From Bugula neritina (lineage: Eukaryota > Animalia > Bryozoa), in the NCBI GenBank assembly GCA_964035545.1, contig OZ037765.1:18910995-18974994 (forward strand): a DNA stretch of 64,000 bases, given 5' to 3'. This document shows positions 11,671-37,429 of this stretch, piece after piece; within the stretch, counting starts at the first letter, position 1, and each line of letters begins with the position of its first letter. The translations under genes were made by a program, and so were the position numbers. The notes below the pieces were generated by a model. The model was not told the DNA's origin. It saw nothing but the letters and a program-made list of their open reading frames with translations, and did no database searches.

Positions 11671-12318
11671 TCCGAGGATGGCATCTTCCTCCAGTTGGCT
11701 TATGACAAAGGTCTCCTGTACAGCCTGGTCTCAGACACGCCCAGGGAGCTCGATAATACCGTAGAAGGGAATACATGACCCGTCTGCCAGGGTGCCATGT
11801 TCTCCCGTATACAGTCGTACTCTATCCCTGTCCCGACGGGGCAGTGTCTCAAAGACTCTACGACTGAGAAGGTTGGTAGTACAACCGGAGTCGAGCAGGA
11901 AGGTGACGGTGTTACCCGCCACCTTTCCGGGTAGGAAATAGCTCTCTCCATGTGGTTGTACCTTCACCCCCCCCGCGTGTGCGGTCCTAGATGGGTAGGA
12001 CGACGGGGGTTTCACCCGTGGTTTACGGGGTTTCCGGCGGCGAGGTTGGTGCCGGCGGGGTTTGGGGCTCTCCACTGGGCCTTTCGGCTCCATTTCAGTG
12101 GCGGACTCCTCTTCCCGAGGTAACCGGTGGAACCGGTTGGTGAGTGGCAGGGAGAAGGTACTCGGCCGCTGTGTGGGCCTGCTAGTCCTGCGTGGTACCT
12201 GCTACTTGGGGGGAGTGTTCCGTCGTGTCCGTACGGACAGACGGCGGCGTGTCCCACTATACTCCTTCAGTTGCGGCCCGCGGGGAGGAAGAGTGTCCGC
12301 GGGCCGTGACAGTTTAAC
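11671..12318 (-). pseudogene. 5' part of pol frame (spacer + aspartic protease) interrupted by in-frame stops
   Basis: FLLDSGCTTN protease active site in ORF 11731-12093 is in frame with pol (..GRV*DQAVQETFVISQLEEDAILGMSFL). Stops are TGA at 11731-11733 and TAG at 12202-12204. Confidence 0.85.
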
Positions 12319-13133
12319 GCCCCCTGGTATTGGGGTCGTCCTGGCTGTCCATGGTCTTGACCAGCACTACTCCGGCCCGGCCCCACAGGTGTTGGGGGCA
12401 ACCGCAGGGCCTGACCGGGGCCAGCGCCGGCCAGAATCGTTACCAGCTGTCCCAGCATCTCTACCATGCGGTCTACTTCGGCTTCCAGTGGAGGGGCTTC
12501 GGGGCCTGTAGTAGCTCTGGCTGCACTGACTCCGACTGCTGGTGGGCTCCGTTGTGCTCGATGCATTTGGGTAGCCAGCAGGTAAGCCTCTCCAGCCTTC
12601 AGGGCATCCTCTATTTTGGTTATCCCTTTAGCTCGTAGTTGATGGTGTAGGCCCAGGTCGTTTAGTGACTGGACAAAGGCGTCGTATGTGTAACGCTCTT
12701 GGTGTTGTGCTGGTAGATCACCATACGCAATTTGTGCCAGCTTCTTCACCGTCGCGGCATGTTCTTGTAGTGAGGTCCGCGGGGCGCGGCACAATCTCTG
12801 TAGCTTAGTCCTGGCGTCTATTGCGGAGATGCCAAAACGGGCCCGCAGCGCAGCCAGTATCCCGTTTACGTCCGTTCCCACTCCGTACGGCTTGGCCTGC
12901 TCCGTTAACGCTCTCCGCAATTGGATAAAGGCCACTCTATGCGGCCATTGAGCAATCTCCATTACCTCTCTAAATTCTTGTATAAACTGTTCGACATCTT
13001 CTGACCCAGTAAAGGTGGGAGCTTTCAAGCAATATCTATAAGCTTCTTCTCCCTCACGATTCACAGGATTAACATCATTTCTACGCTCACCTTCTACTGG
13101 GGGTGGTTGCATTCTAGCATTTTCAGTCTCCAT
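12267..13133 (-). CDS. gag: Gypsy Gag (capsid-like) protein, 288 aa
   Basis: First ORF after the PBS; KAPTFTGSEDVEQFIQEF...AQW...L...L...A, LRARFG and ARTKLQRL...SLQEHA are typical retrotransposon gag motifs. Confidence 0.9.
   Translation of the reverse strand: METENARMQPPPVEGERRNDVNPVNREGEEAYRYCLKAPTFTGSEDVEQFIQEFREVMEIAQWPHRVAFIQLRRALTEQAKPYGVGTDVNGILAALRARFGISAIDARTKLQRLCRAPRTSLQEHAATVKKLAQIAYGDLPAQHQERYTYDAFVQSLNDLGLHHQLRAKGITKIEDALKAGEAYLLATQMHRAQRSPPAVGVSAARATTGPEAPPLEAEVDRMVEMLGQLVTILAGAGPGQALRLPPTPVGPGRSSAGQDHGQPGRPQYQGALNCHGPRTLFLPAGRN
12274..12318 (-). promoter_or_regulatory. Putative -1 ribosomal frameshift signal (slippery G_TTA_AAC + stem-loop)
   Basis: Minus strand reads GTTAAAC, a 5-nt spacer, then a perfect 10-bp stem cggcccgcgg/ccgcgggccg with a 13-nt loop; pol is in the -1 frame relative to gag. 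Confidence 0.7.
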
Positions 13134-13147
13134 CTTTGATGTACACT

Positions 13148-13165
13148 ATCCCACCGCTGCCACCA
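13148..13165 (-). promoter_or_regulatory. Primer binding site complementary to tRNA-Leu 3' end
   Basis: Minus strand TGGTGGCAGCGGTGGGAT, 1 nt from the 5' LTR; matches the ...ATCCCACCGCTGCCACCA 3' end of metazoan tRNA-Leu(AAG/TAG). Confidence 0.9.
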
Positions 13166-13166
13166 C

Positions 13167-13472
13167 TGTTATGATTTTCAGAATTAGGGTCGATGTGCAA
13201 CCAAGAGAGTCTGTTTACAGCTAGAGAGACTTCACCGTGATAAGTCGAGTAGATATTGTTATATTTAGATACAAAGATACATAATAAAGTTTGCTATACA
13301 ACAGTTAATAATACACGCATCTATTTAGTTCACTACACTATCTTCAACTGGGCTAGTAGCGCGAAGCTACTACTGTTACTCATAAGCAGCTTAGCTAATT
13401 GGCTAATACATCATTCCGGGTCAATACGCAACCTTGCGTATTGTGTTGCTGGTAGCTCTACGAGCCACCACA
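13167..13472 (-). repeat. 5' LTR (306 bp)
   Basis: Direct repeat of 6025-6330; adjacent to the PBS. Confidence 0.97.
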
Positions 13473-13869
13473 ATAGCACCGTAGAACCGAGTGATGTGCG
13501 TTTGATTTTGCCTTCCACTGCTATCCGTGGTGGCACAAACTGTAGAGTTAAAACATGAAGTTTGCTGTAGATCTGAAAGAATATTTTTATTTATTTGTAA
13601 TATTAAATAAATAAAGATCAGATGTAAGAGAATCCGCAAAGTTTCAATATATTTATTGTGTCCCACCTGCAGTGGCCCATTGTACCCGAGTACCGGGGCA
13701 CAATGTCCCGAATTTTTCGTCATGAAAATTTCATTATTCTGAAAGTTGTGAGAGAGATAGAAACAAGAAACTGATATCTGTAATAGACAACAGATGCAGC
13801 CTTAAGACTAGAGATTATTGAATTAGTAATTTGAAAAACAGATGAATGAGAGCAAAATGCAAAATTCGG

Positions 13870-15624
13870 GCTCCATATAACTACTTTGTCCCTGTCCCAG
13901 ATAAAGATTTCTTCTCTAAAGATATAGTGGCTGAAGTATATAACTTATCTGGAAGATATTTAACGTTTAAGTTATTAACAGAACGCAAATTCAAAAGTAA
14001 AGCTATGAAGTTTTTGACTTTATGGGTCGAAAAATAATATCATTGCATGCGTTACTTATATCTCTCCAATTTCACCAAGTCAGATTATACGTACCACATT
14101 ATAGAAGAGTAAGAATTCAATTAAATCAACAGAATAAATTAAAAATCTGAAATTAATATTTTATGATCACTTGCAAAGCAATAGTCTATCATAAAATCAC
14201 AATTATATTTAGCAATTTTCTCATAGCAATTAATATGGAAAGTACTGCAACTACTTTAATAGGGTGTTCATTTAGATATTTGATCGGCATAAATATTGTA
14301 GCAATTGCATGTTTAATACTCAAGCAGTGTTATTATGGTTTAGCTTTTGCCAAAATCCCATTAATAAAATGTGACAATAGTCCTCATATGTAACAGATTT
14401 TATATAGCCTTTTACTGTTATGAGTCATGTTATGTTTTTAGATTTGACCTCTTACAAGGTTTCAATGGACAGGAAAGGCGAAGTAATACTGCGTACTCTT
14501 TACCATTATTTTTTGCTGAAGATGCCTTAAACAACGGCTTGTCATTGGACAGCATTAAAAGCATTTTAGAAACCACAGAGTGTGCCATGGCTGCTCAACT
14601 TTCTACTAAAATGTGTGTTGAGTTCCTTGCTGATTTATACCAACTGGACCAATTTACAGAAAACCAGCAAAGAACTATTGCCTATTCTCATGTTTCAGGT
14701 GCAACTTTTAAGCCTATCCAAATAATTTTGCTTCTGCAGTTTAAACTAAGCTATGCTTTTGTTATGTTATGCTACATACAAAATTTTGTTCTTACATTTT
14801 AATTATATCACATCACAGTCAAAGTGCATTCCCGCTTGAATATAATTAGATCCTTACAAAACCTACTAGATTCTAGAACAAAGCCACACTTGTGATACTA
14901 GAGAAATTTAAGCTGCAGTGTTTGTGTAAAGATTTTGCATTTTCAAAAGAAGTAAATATTTAAAATGTTTTCTTTTAAAGCATCATAGTTAACTTTTTAT
15001 TGTTGGAAATTAGTTTTTGTTAGTGGACAGCTGATAAAGCACAAGTTTAGAAAACTTAATGTGATTGGCTGGCTGTTGCTAAATTTATAAAAGACCTCAT
15101 ATTTGAGATTTTACCATCAAAATAGTTAGATACAAAACGCTTCTACTTGCATGCACAGCAATGTATCTGCATTAGAAGGAGTTGGTTTGGATTGAGAAGT
15201 ACCAAATATTGTTGATGGTTTCTTTCTTTCTAACCTTTCTGCTTCAATTCCGGCTCTATAATATGTTTAGGCTATCTTTAATAGTAAATCTAATTACTCA
15301 TAAATGATGGAATAATTTCACCCGATACACTATACAATGCTTTTTGGAATATAGCTGTTTATCTTCACACCTTTAACGCGTTAAGTTAATATCATCCTGT
15401 TTGAAATCATATAGCAACATTCTGCATAAGTGTTATTATAGTTTCAATTTTGCACAACCTAATATCATGTTACACTTTACTTTGTAGTTGAATGTGCAAC
15501 CACCTCAAAGGATTCAGGGGAAGATAACGTGAAAGAGGACAACTCAGCAACCACCTTTGTCTTGTCACACTTCCTGTTTCTGCTGACTATGCTTTTAGTC
15601 AGCAAATACCTGCTTTTCTTCTAG
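13870..15624 (+). pseudogene. Truncated, internally deleted type-B carboxylesterase pseudogene (paralog of the minus-strand genes)
   Basis: Only three pieces remain: the 3' part of exon 5 (13870-13955, donor GT mutated to AT), exon 6 (14442-14698) and the GPI-tail exon (15488-15624). The exons carrying the catalytic Ser and His are absent. Confidence 0.85.
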
Positions 15625-17296
15625 AAACTCACTTATAATCCTTGTGATTATTCTAGTATGAGACTCATTATATTATATATATGACACTGAAATACCTTTA
15701 CAACATTAGATCAATAATACTATACATATAATTACTGCTCACCATATGTTTTTATGACTTCTGATCACATTTTTTCAGGTAGGTATAGTAATTATTCTGA
15801 TATATGTTGTAATATTTGCAGTTTATGTTCACTTGGATTAACCTTTTCTTAATATTTTAGTTGATCAATTTAGATTCTGTTTTTGAAAAATATAGCCACC
15901 TCTTGTTTGACAAATTCTAGTACTTGATACAAAGAATTTACAGGTTATAACTAATCTAATTATAATCACCAATTAAATAGACATCAATAAAATAAAGCAA
16001 TATATCTGCATAATTTCTTTTCCTACGCATTTTTAACTACAATTTACAATAGTATAACCAAAAAGTTTTGAAACCTTATGTTCATACAATCAACTTTGTG
16101 TGATACAACTAAAATTACTATTTCGTCTAAATTTTATAACAAAGCGAATTATTTTTTTGGTGCTCAAACATTCATTTCAGTTGATAAGACTTTATGAATC
16201 AAACTTTTGAAAAGTTGGACTTTGAGTAAAAAAAATGCTGTTTATTTCATAATAAACCAGCTAGCAACTGTATAAAGTTTTAGGTTTCAGCTATTAAATA
16301 GTATAATAATATCGTAATATTATTTTCTTTAAACACTTATGAGAATACCAAAGAAAGTAACAAATCATGTAGGCTATGCATTAACTTTGTGTGTGCTTCT
16401 TTTGGGAAATTCAACTTTAATAAATATAAATTTATTTAGATTTGCTATACAATGCAAAAATAAAAAAATGATTGTAATACGTGATATAATTATATATTTC
16501 TATCTAAAATAACGCTATGCTAAATGTATCAACCTTAAAACTTTTTCTAATCCACAAGTATTTTGTGTATTGCTTTTTATCAAATCAACTTACTTATGAT
16601 AATAATATAATAACCGATTAAAAAAAAGCAATTTTTCCATACAATATGATTTAGCACTATATTACAGAAATTGTAGGTTTATAATTAATGAAGTTACTAA
16701 TTGCGTGTGATGCTAATTGCACACATGCGGCGTGTGATGTTTACTACTTATTATAGTTAAAGATGATGATTTAAATTTTTACACTAACTTATGCGATTAA
16801 TATTAATAAAGAAACTGAAAGCTGTAATATGCTAAATAAACTTGCCATTGAAAAACTCAACAGATCTGAATGCTAGATCAGCTTCAACCTTTTGAACTGC
16901 GTTATTTTTCTAATTGCATTACTCACTGCATTGTCTGGGAATATGACAACTACGCTAAGGACTCAAAACAGTGACACAAAACTATAAGTATATGTAATAT
17001 GCCAACAATAACAAAATCTATATTACATATTATAGAAATATGCTTGCCTATGTTTGCTAAACCTAAATATAAGATGACGTACTCTTACTTACAATGATAT
17101 AATCATAATATTGTATATGAAGTGATTATCAAAATTTACTATAATAAAATAAACCATGCTCATTGGTTAGCTCAACTTCTTATCTTCATTTGTTGCATCA
17201 GCATTATCCAGTGTTGTCAAGGCTAGCTATCAATATAAAAGGTGACACACTATACAGGTGCTCTGTATAATAGTGTTGATATTCAAGAATAAGAGT

Positions 17297-25134
<7,838 letters not shown>

Positions 25135-26529
25135 GTAAAGCTGAAGGTTATAGTTCAGCATATTATTATATTATTAAGTTACAACATGGTTGCATTAATA
25201 TTTTCAATACAAAGGCCATGTGTACGCTATAATATATGAAGGTATTGAAATGAAATGAAAATTTATTGTAAGGGTAAAATATAATAATGATGATTTTTTC
25301 TGAACATAAAAGTTTTAATACATCAATTATATATCATGGCCGTAATAATAAAACTTTAAATACACTTCTTGTAGTCATTTACATTGCAATATACTGTAAC
25401 TATTTCTTCTAAAAAACTGAATCAAAAGATAATATTTGAGGAGTACTGCAACGAAATAAGAAAATTAGCATAGAAAAGGCTGATTAGTAAACAAATGACC
25501 TAACAATAAGCTTTTTTACCTACAATTAAAAAATAGTATAATTATATAATAACTTATTTTTCTTGAGAGTTTTAGTTATACCAATAATTTTATAAACACG
25601 GCCAAAATTAAAAACTAATGATTGATAAATTCTTGCACTATACAAGATCACTGTTATCTTTGCTTTGGCACTTAATTAAGACAAAATTTATTGAAATCAA
25701 TGATTATGTAATCCTGTTTTACATTCAATTATATAATTTCTGATTATCTTATAGTGAGCTAGCTATATACCTGAGACGCCGGAGCTAAAGATGAAGTTGT
25801 CAAGCAGCCCAAATAAAAACCCAGACATCTAAAGCCACAATTTTTAACTGTGCCTATAATATTGTACTGTATTTCCTTTTGCTATAGTAACAGTTTGATT
25901 TTTGTTATTAGTGAAATAATGCGATTGCTGTAGTATAATTACTTTATTTTAAAAGGTAAATAAACCAATTCTTTAGAATCCTTCAATTTTATAAAAAAAG
26001 CAAGTAATTTATAAATTTTTATTCAGTAACTTTTTTTCTATACTAATTGAATAATCATACATAATTGAAAAAATTGTTGATTACTAAACTACAGTACATA
26101 TTATATTCTTACGTACATTAAAATTTTTTAACTTATTTTGTAAATGTTGTTACATAAATTATATGCTTTGCTTTAAATGAGCAAGTATATCGAAATTCAA
26201 AATATGCTAACAGCACCTTGTTATAAAAGAAAGCTATTATAAAAGTGTATATATGAGTTTATTTATAACGCACAGAAATTATATATATTGAAATAACTGT
26301 ATGTATTATGTCAAAACATATACAAACAAAATTATTATAATGCTTGTTTGAGGCTATAGAGAAAATACATTCAAATAGAACTGTATTAGTTATTAACAAT
26401 GCATTCTCAACATACTCCTCAACACAGCATGTGAACTGAACATATTATATGTCTTCTTATAAATATTAAACAATATTCCAGTAGAGAATTCTAATATTAC
26501 TGTTCACTCAGTTATCAACAACCATTACA

Positions 26530-28130
26530 GTGTTGATGTCATTATACATCCCATCTGCATTGTGTTGATCTGAGCAGCTAAAGAGTTGTCACATCTCATC
26601 CTTTCTTCATGCAACTCAATCTCTTCACAGTATTTGAAAGGATGTTTTAACAGTCTGCAACTAGAGTTGTAGTAGTATATCAAGTAGTATATCAAATTGA
26701 AATAAATGTATAAAAATGTTATCATATATTATTATACTGCAAGCATTAATTTGATATGTAAGTAAATGCATATACAAAAAATTCTGTCTTTTTAGTCAAC
26801 CCAACATGATAAATAGTATATGCATTGCATTGTTGCTTGAATAATATTGTAAACTTAATATCATCACAACTATTACTGTTGCAAGAGCTTTTTCGTAGCT
26901 TTCAGAAAGCCCTTGTGTATTGAAAGCTTTTTGTGAAAGCTTTCCTGATAGCTATTTACTGACAGTTTTTGTTCAATGAATCAGTGTAGCTCAATTTTCC
27001 TCCTGCTAAAGATGCAGGCAATCTATACTTAATTGTCAAAATACTTGCAAGTATCAAGTATTATATTATCTTTTGTTTTGAACTCCGTTAACTAAATCTT
27101 TTGTCAGCTATGTAAATAATGTTAAGTTAACAAGATGTTTGTAATTTTTATGGTTATATGTTACAGTATGAGTGTGAGTTCAAGTTTAAGTCTATCTTAG
27201 GAAATATACTGTTGGCAATAGACAGAAAATAGAGTTGTGACCTGCTTCTGTGTCCTCCATCCATTCACTCTTCATTAAATGAGTCGCAATACATAGGCAT
27301 CCGTGCCAAACAGCGCCGCAACAGCAACAATTATCAGCTGATACAGTAACCATTATAATCAGCTGTTACAATTACATAGACCAAGATAATATAATTGTTT
27401 ACCTGTGTTAATATAACTATCATAAACCTGATGAGCTGTGACTTTGATATGATTGAGTTATTGTATAATTTCTGTATGACATTCAACTCCTGCTCCAGCT
27501 CTATTCTTTCTTCCTTTTATAAATTACCAAACAAGTTTTATAAGTTTTACTACCTTAAGTGACAAGTGAAATCAATATTTATTTATTATTCAAATTAGTA
27601 GCTGCATGTAAGAAATGCTATGCAAAGGTTTAGGTTAAAAATTCAAATTGAAAAAAGTAATATTTAGACATGACGTGATGATAAACACAACATTTTACCC
27701 ACTGCAGACTTAATTTATTCTGTAAGACCCTCTTAATCCACATTCTCTCTCCTTTACTAAACACAGTAAATGAGTACACAGTAGTTGAAGTGATAGACAT
27801 GATGAGTATTAATATTAGTTCAGTAAATTTCTGCTCAATAAACTCTCTTGGCTGATGCAAATCAAGTTTGTGACTTTGTGCTGTGGAGTTATGTTTTTGA
27901 TTGTTGAACGTGTTATGAAGTTAGCATATTGCATCAGGATTTGAATTTATATATTATGCAAAATTCTAATTTGGTAATATGACATTAGAATTAAAATAAT
28001 AATACTATTTAAATTCACTTGTTTTACTGTCCCACAAAAATCATATTTAGTTGTAAATAAACCACAAAGCAGTTTTTTAAATTATGTTTTGAGAAGTTTG
28101 TTTCAATCAGGATGACATATTATGCTATTG
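26530..28130 (-). pseudogene. Decayed multi-exon gene remnant (copy 2; direct duplicate of ~2600-3800)
   Basis: 27400-28130 aligns by eye with 3066-3790 (HQPREFIEQ..LIMSITS..VYSFTVF.KGER.WIKRVLQNK). The 26530-26655 block resembles ~2700-2806. Confidence 0.45.
26870..27316. repeat. Segment duplicated in inverted orientation at 58470-58891
   Basis: For example agagttgtgacctgcttctgtgtcctccatccattcac versus gtgaatggatggaggacacagaagcaggccacaactct. Confidence 0.85.
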
Positions 28131-28147
28131 TAAATTAAGTTTATTAT

Positions 28148-28965
28148 TTAGTATGTATAGTATTTAATATAGTATGTATAGAATAGTATGTATAGTATAT
28201 AATATTTATAGAATAGTATGTATAGTATAGTGTGTATAGTATACGGTATGCGTAGTACAGTATGTATAGTATAGTATTTATAGCGTAGTATGTATAGTAT
28301 AATATGTATAGTATAGTATATGTAATTTATAGTATATATAGCATCTATTATAGTAGGTATATATAGCATAGTATAGTATAGTATAACAAATAGTATAGTA
28401 TATAATATAATCTACTATACTAAATTACAGCATAGTATATGCTATATTACTATATGCTATACTATACTATACTGCACTACACTACACTATACTATACTGC
28501 ACTACACTACACTACACTATACTGTACACTACTGCACTGCACTGCACTGCACTGCACTGCACTGCACTGCACTGCACTGCACTGCACTGCACTGCACTGC
28601 ACTGCACTGCACTGCACTGCACTGCACTGCACTGCACTGCACTGCACTGCACTGCACTGCACTATACTGTATTATATATACGATCCTATGTACTATACTA
28701 GATTTGGTCACCTTTCACCGCCATAGTCCTGCGCGGGTGGCGAGACTATACTAGATACTATACACTATATTATACTGTATACTATGCTATACTATACTAT
28801 ATTATACAATATATTATACTGTGCTATACTATACATAGTATAGCATATAGCTAGTATAGTATATATAGTATAGTATATACTATATACTATACATAGTATA
28901 GCATATAGCTAGTATAGTATATATAGTATAGTATAATATACTATACTATATGGTATAGTATATAG
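28148..28965. repeat. Pentanucleotide microsatellite complex: degenerate (TATAG/CTATA)n with a pure (ACTGC)n core at 28531-28663
   Basis: Directly visible tandem repeats. Confidence 0.92.
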
Positions 28966-29629
28966 AATGGAGTACCAGAATGTCAACAATTCACTCCTCA
29001 TTTTATCTTATAAAATACAATATTATAATATTATATTGTATTTTACTATATTATACAATAAAACTTTGTCTAGCACTTTATTACATTGCATTAGGTTTTA
29101 TTATATTATATTATGCATGGTTATATTATGCAATGTTATATTATTTCATATTGTATAGTGTTGTATTTTATTAAATTATATTATGTTTTACTATCTTTGA
29201 TTATAATATATCATACTTCAATATATCATATTACTTTGTATTATATCAGGCTATATTATGTTATATTCTGCTATATATTGCATTAAATTATATTGTTTAG
29301 CATATAATCATATAGCCACTCTATTATAAAAAAAACTATGTTAGCAAAATCCTCATGTCACAACTCATAAATATTTTATCACATCTCCATAGTGCAGTAA
29401 ACTGTAGCGTAGCAAGTTATGAAACAACAGACTGAATCTAATCAACTTTTGCTCTGTATTTTATTTTCACTTTTGATATTGCAGGTGAACCACCATGGCT
29501 GCACATCCTTTTATCTTGAGAGAAAATTTGTCAGATATTTTGCTAAAAGTTTTTAGTCTGATCACAAATATTGCTTGTGACTTTTGCATTTAATCGTAAC
29601 TATACATAGCAACATATTCTGTCTCCAAA

Positions 29630-35354
<5,725 letters not shown>

Positions 35355-37429
35355 TCTGAAAATTTACTTAAACAAGTTACATAGCAATATAATGCACCAA
35401 AATTTCCTTATATTTTATGTATATAAGCTTATGTCTCAAAAATTAGTAATTATCTTCGTATTTTGGATGTAGTAACAGTCATATGCAAATAAGGAACAGT
35501 GTAAAAATTGACTCAAAAAATAACTTTGCATTTCAAAATATAAAGTGCTCATTTTATAGTAGCATGGTTAAATTGCTACAGTATAGTATCAGCTAAGTTT
35601 TAGACTACAATCTTTGAATGTGTGAGCCCATTTTCCTTGACCTGTCAAGATACAGCAGATTGCACACTTCAGAAAAGCATGTGCCTGCTGAGTAATCATT
35701 AGCAATTACAGTAGCATATCTACAAAATTTGTGTAGTATATTATAATCAAACATGTGTATGTCACAATGTTGCACTTTTCTTAGTATATGGCTTACTGTT
35801 AAATTTAAAATAGTATAAGGTGTATCTATAATACACTTATTCTAGAGATAATAGTAGCATTACACTTACCATGGAGTAAGTCTTATATTGTTACACTCAT
35901 CCTAGTTAAAGCCATTAGTCCTACTGTTGTTTATATGCCATCTATAATATACAACTCTTTCAAGATTAAATTAAAAATTTTTAGCTGTTGTACGCTAATA
36001 TTGTATTACTATTGTATTCTAAAAAAGTTTAAATAAAATATTTTTAAAAAACTAACCCTTATATCATTATAACAGTTTCAATTTATATAGCTCATAAATT
36101 GAGTTAGTTTTGTTCTTGCTTACAACTCTTTTTGGCTTAGCTTAGTCTATATTATAACTCATTTATACAATGAAAAGATTATGAAAGCCTGAGAAAAATA
36201 ATTAAATGTGTTTTAACTATGTTTTCAATAAATCTCTATACATGATAAGAGAGTTGCAGGTATGTAATTAACTTGACATGTTATAGGACATGCCTTGCTT
36301 GAATCTGTGTTAAGAGGAAATTGGATCTAAATAATGAAAGAATTAGAAGTGAATTTTTACAAGTGGCTTATTTCTTTTCAATATATTCTAAAACGTTATC
36401 TATAGTTCTTGAGCTAATTTTTTAGTAATTAATTTGTTTTTTTTTCATGCCATATGGCATATTTTATCTGGAAATGAAATTTCGCAGCATCAATTGTTTT
36501 CTCATAATCCTAATGGCTAGCATCAATTGGTAATTGCTTGAATAGATCACAGTCAACTTACTGAATAAATTCAGTTATATATTAAACTCTGTGAGAAATG
36601 GCAAGTAAATACTTAACAACCTATTATAGCTATTGCAAAAATAGCACATGATGATAATATCACAGTTGCTTCAACATTTGTGCAACCTATTTTATTAAAA
36701 CCATAATTCTTCAATAAAATTGTAATCAATAGTGTTCCAGGCATTTTAGGCCATATATATAATACACAGAGGCATAGTTTACTCAGTGAGTTTATCTAAT
36801 TTAAGCATTTGTGTAAGTCATTTTTAGCCAACTTAGTCAATTATCTGCACATTGCTAGAAGGCTCATTGAATTGAAAAGCTTTTAGATTTTCTTACTATG
36901 CAGAACTTATATAGTTTATATAGTTACCGTTTTTTGAAGAAAAGTAATATGAATTCAAAACACAATGTAGCACTGGAGTTGTTCCCTCTTGCAGTAGCAA
37001 AATTGTATATCAATAATAATATTATATTATTTCTCTAATGTTGCAAACAAGAATTTTTATTTGTTGTGTACAATGCTTTTATTGTGAAGAAGGTTTTATT
37101 TTACACTTTCTTTGCAATTTTTAACAATTTATAACAAATGGAAGCATATCATCATACAATAAAAGCAAAATTATTAAAATAAAAGCTTCTGCGTCAAACA
37201 CTGCTTGGTAACTCAATCTGGAAAACATCAACATATTATGTACTTGTAAATGCAATTAGGATTTGTTGTGTCTGCAACCGCCTATGAAGTGATATATGTA
37301 TTTGTTGCATTGTAAACGAATGATCAGTTTTATCTTTTATATGCTTATATGGTTATTGCTACTTCACAAAAAGCACAGGCTAGTGTATATAATGATAGTG
37401 TTTGAGAAAATAATATTGTTATACTTTTG

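Larger units (their letters stand above)
6025..13472 (-). mobile_element. Full-length Ty3/Gypsy LTR retrotransposon with an extra 3' ORF
   Basis: TG...CA LTRs at 6025-6330 and 13167-13472; ATAG TSD at 6021-6024 and 13473-13476; PBS; PPT; domain order gag-PR-RT-RNaseH-IN. Confidence 0.97.
4383..13866. mobile_element. Old non-autonomous TIR DNA transposon (Tc1/pogo-like, GGGGTAACGAG terminus) hosting nested MITE and Gypsy insertions; right end truncated
   Basis: Left end ggggtaacgag...gggcacaatgg matches the reverse complement of the terminus at 44261-44284. Segment 13600-13866 is clearly homologous to 43570-43800 plus 44216-44258. Internal (g)ggcacaatggg/cccattgt motifs recur. Confidence 0.5.

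Noticed and set aside
6624-12638. Plus-strand ORFs antisense to gag/pol/ORF3
   Set aside because: Shadow ORFs expected in GC-rich coding DNA; no motifs.
28439-28726. HCTAL / VQCSA repeat ORFs
   Set aside because: Translations of the (ACTGC)n microsatellite.
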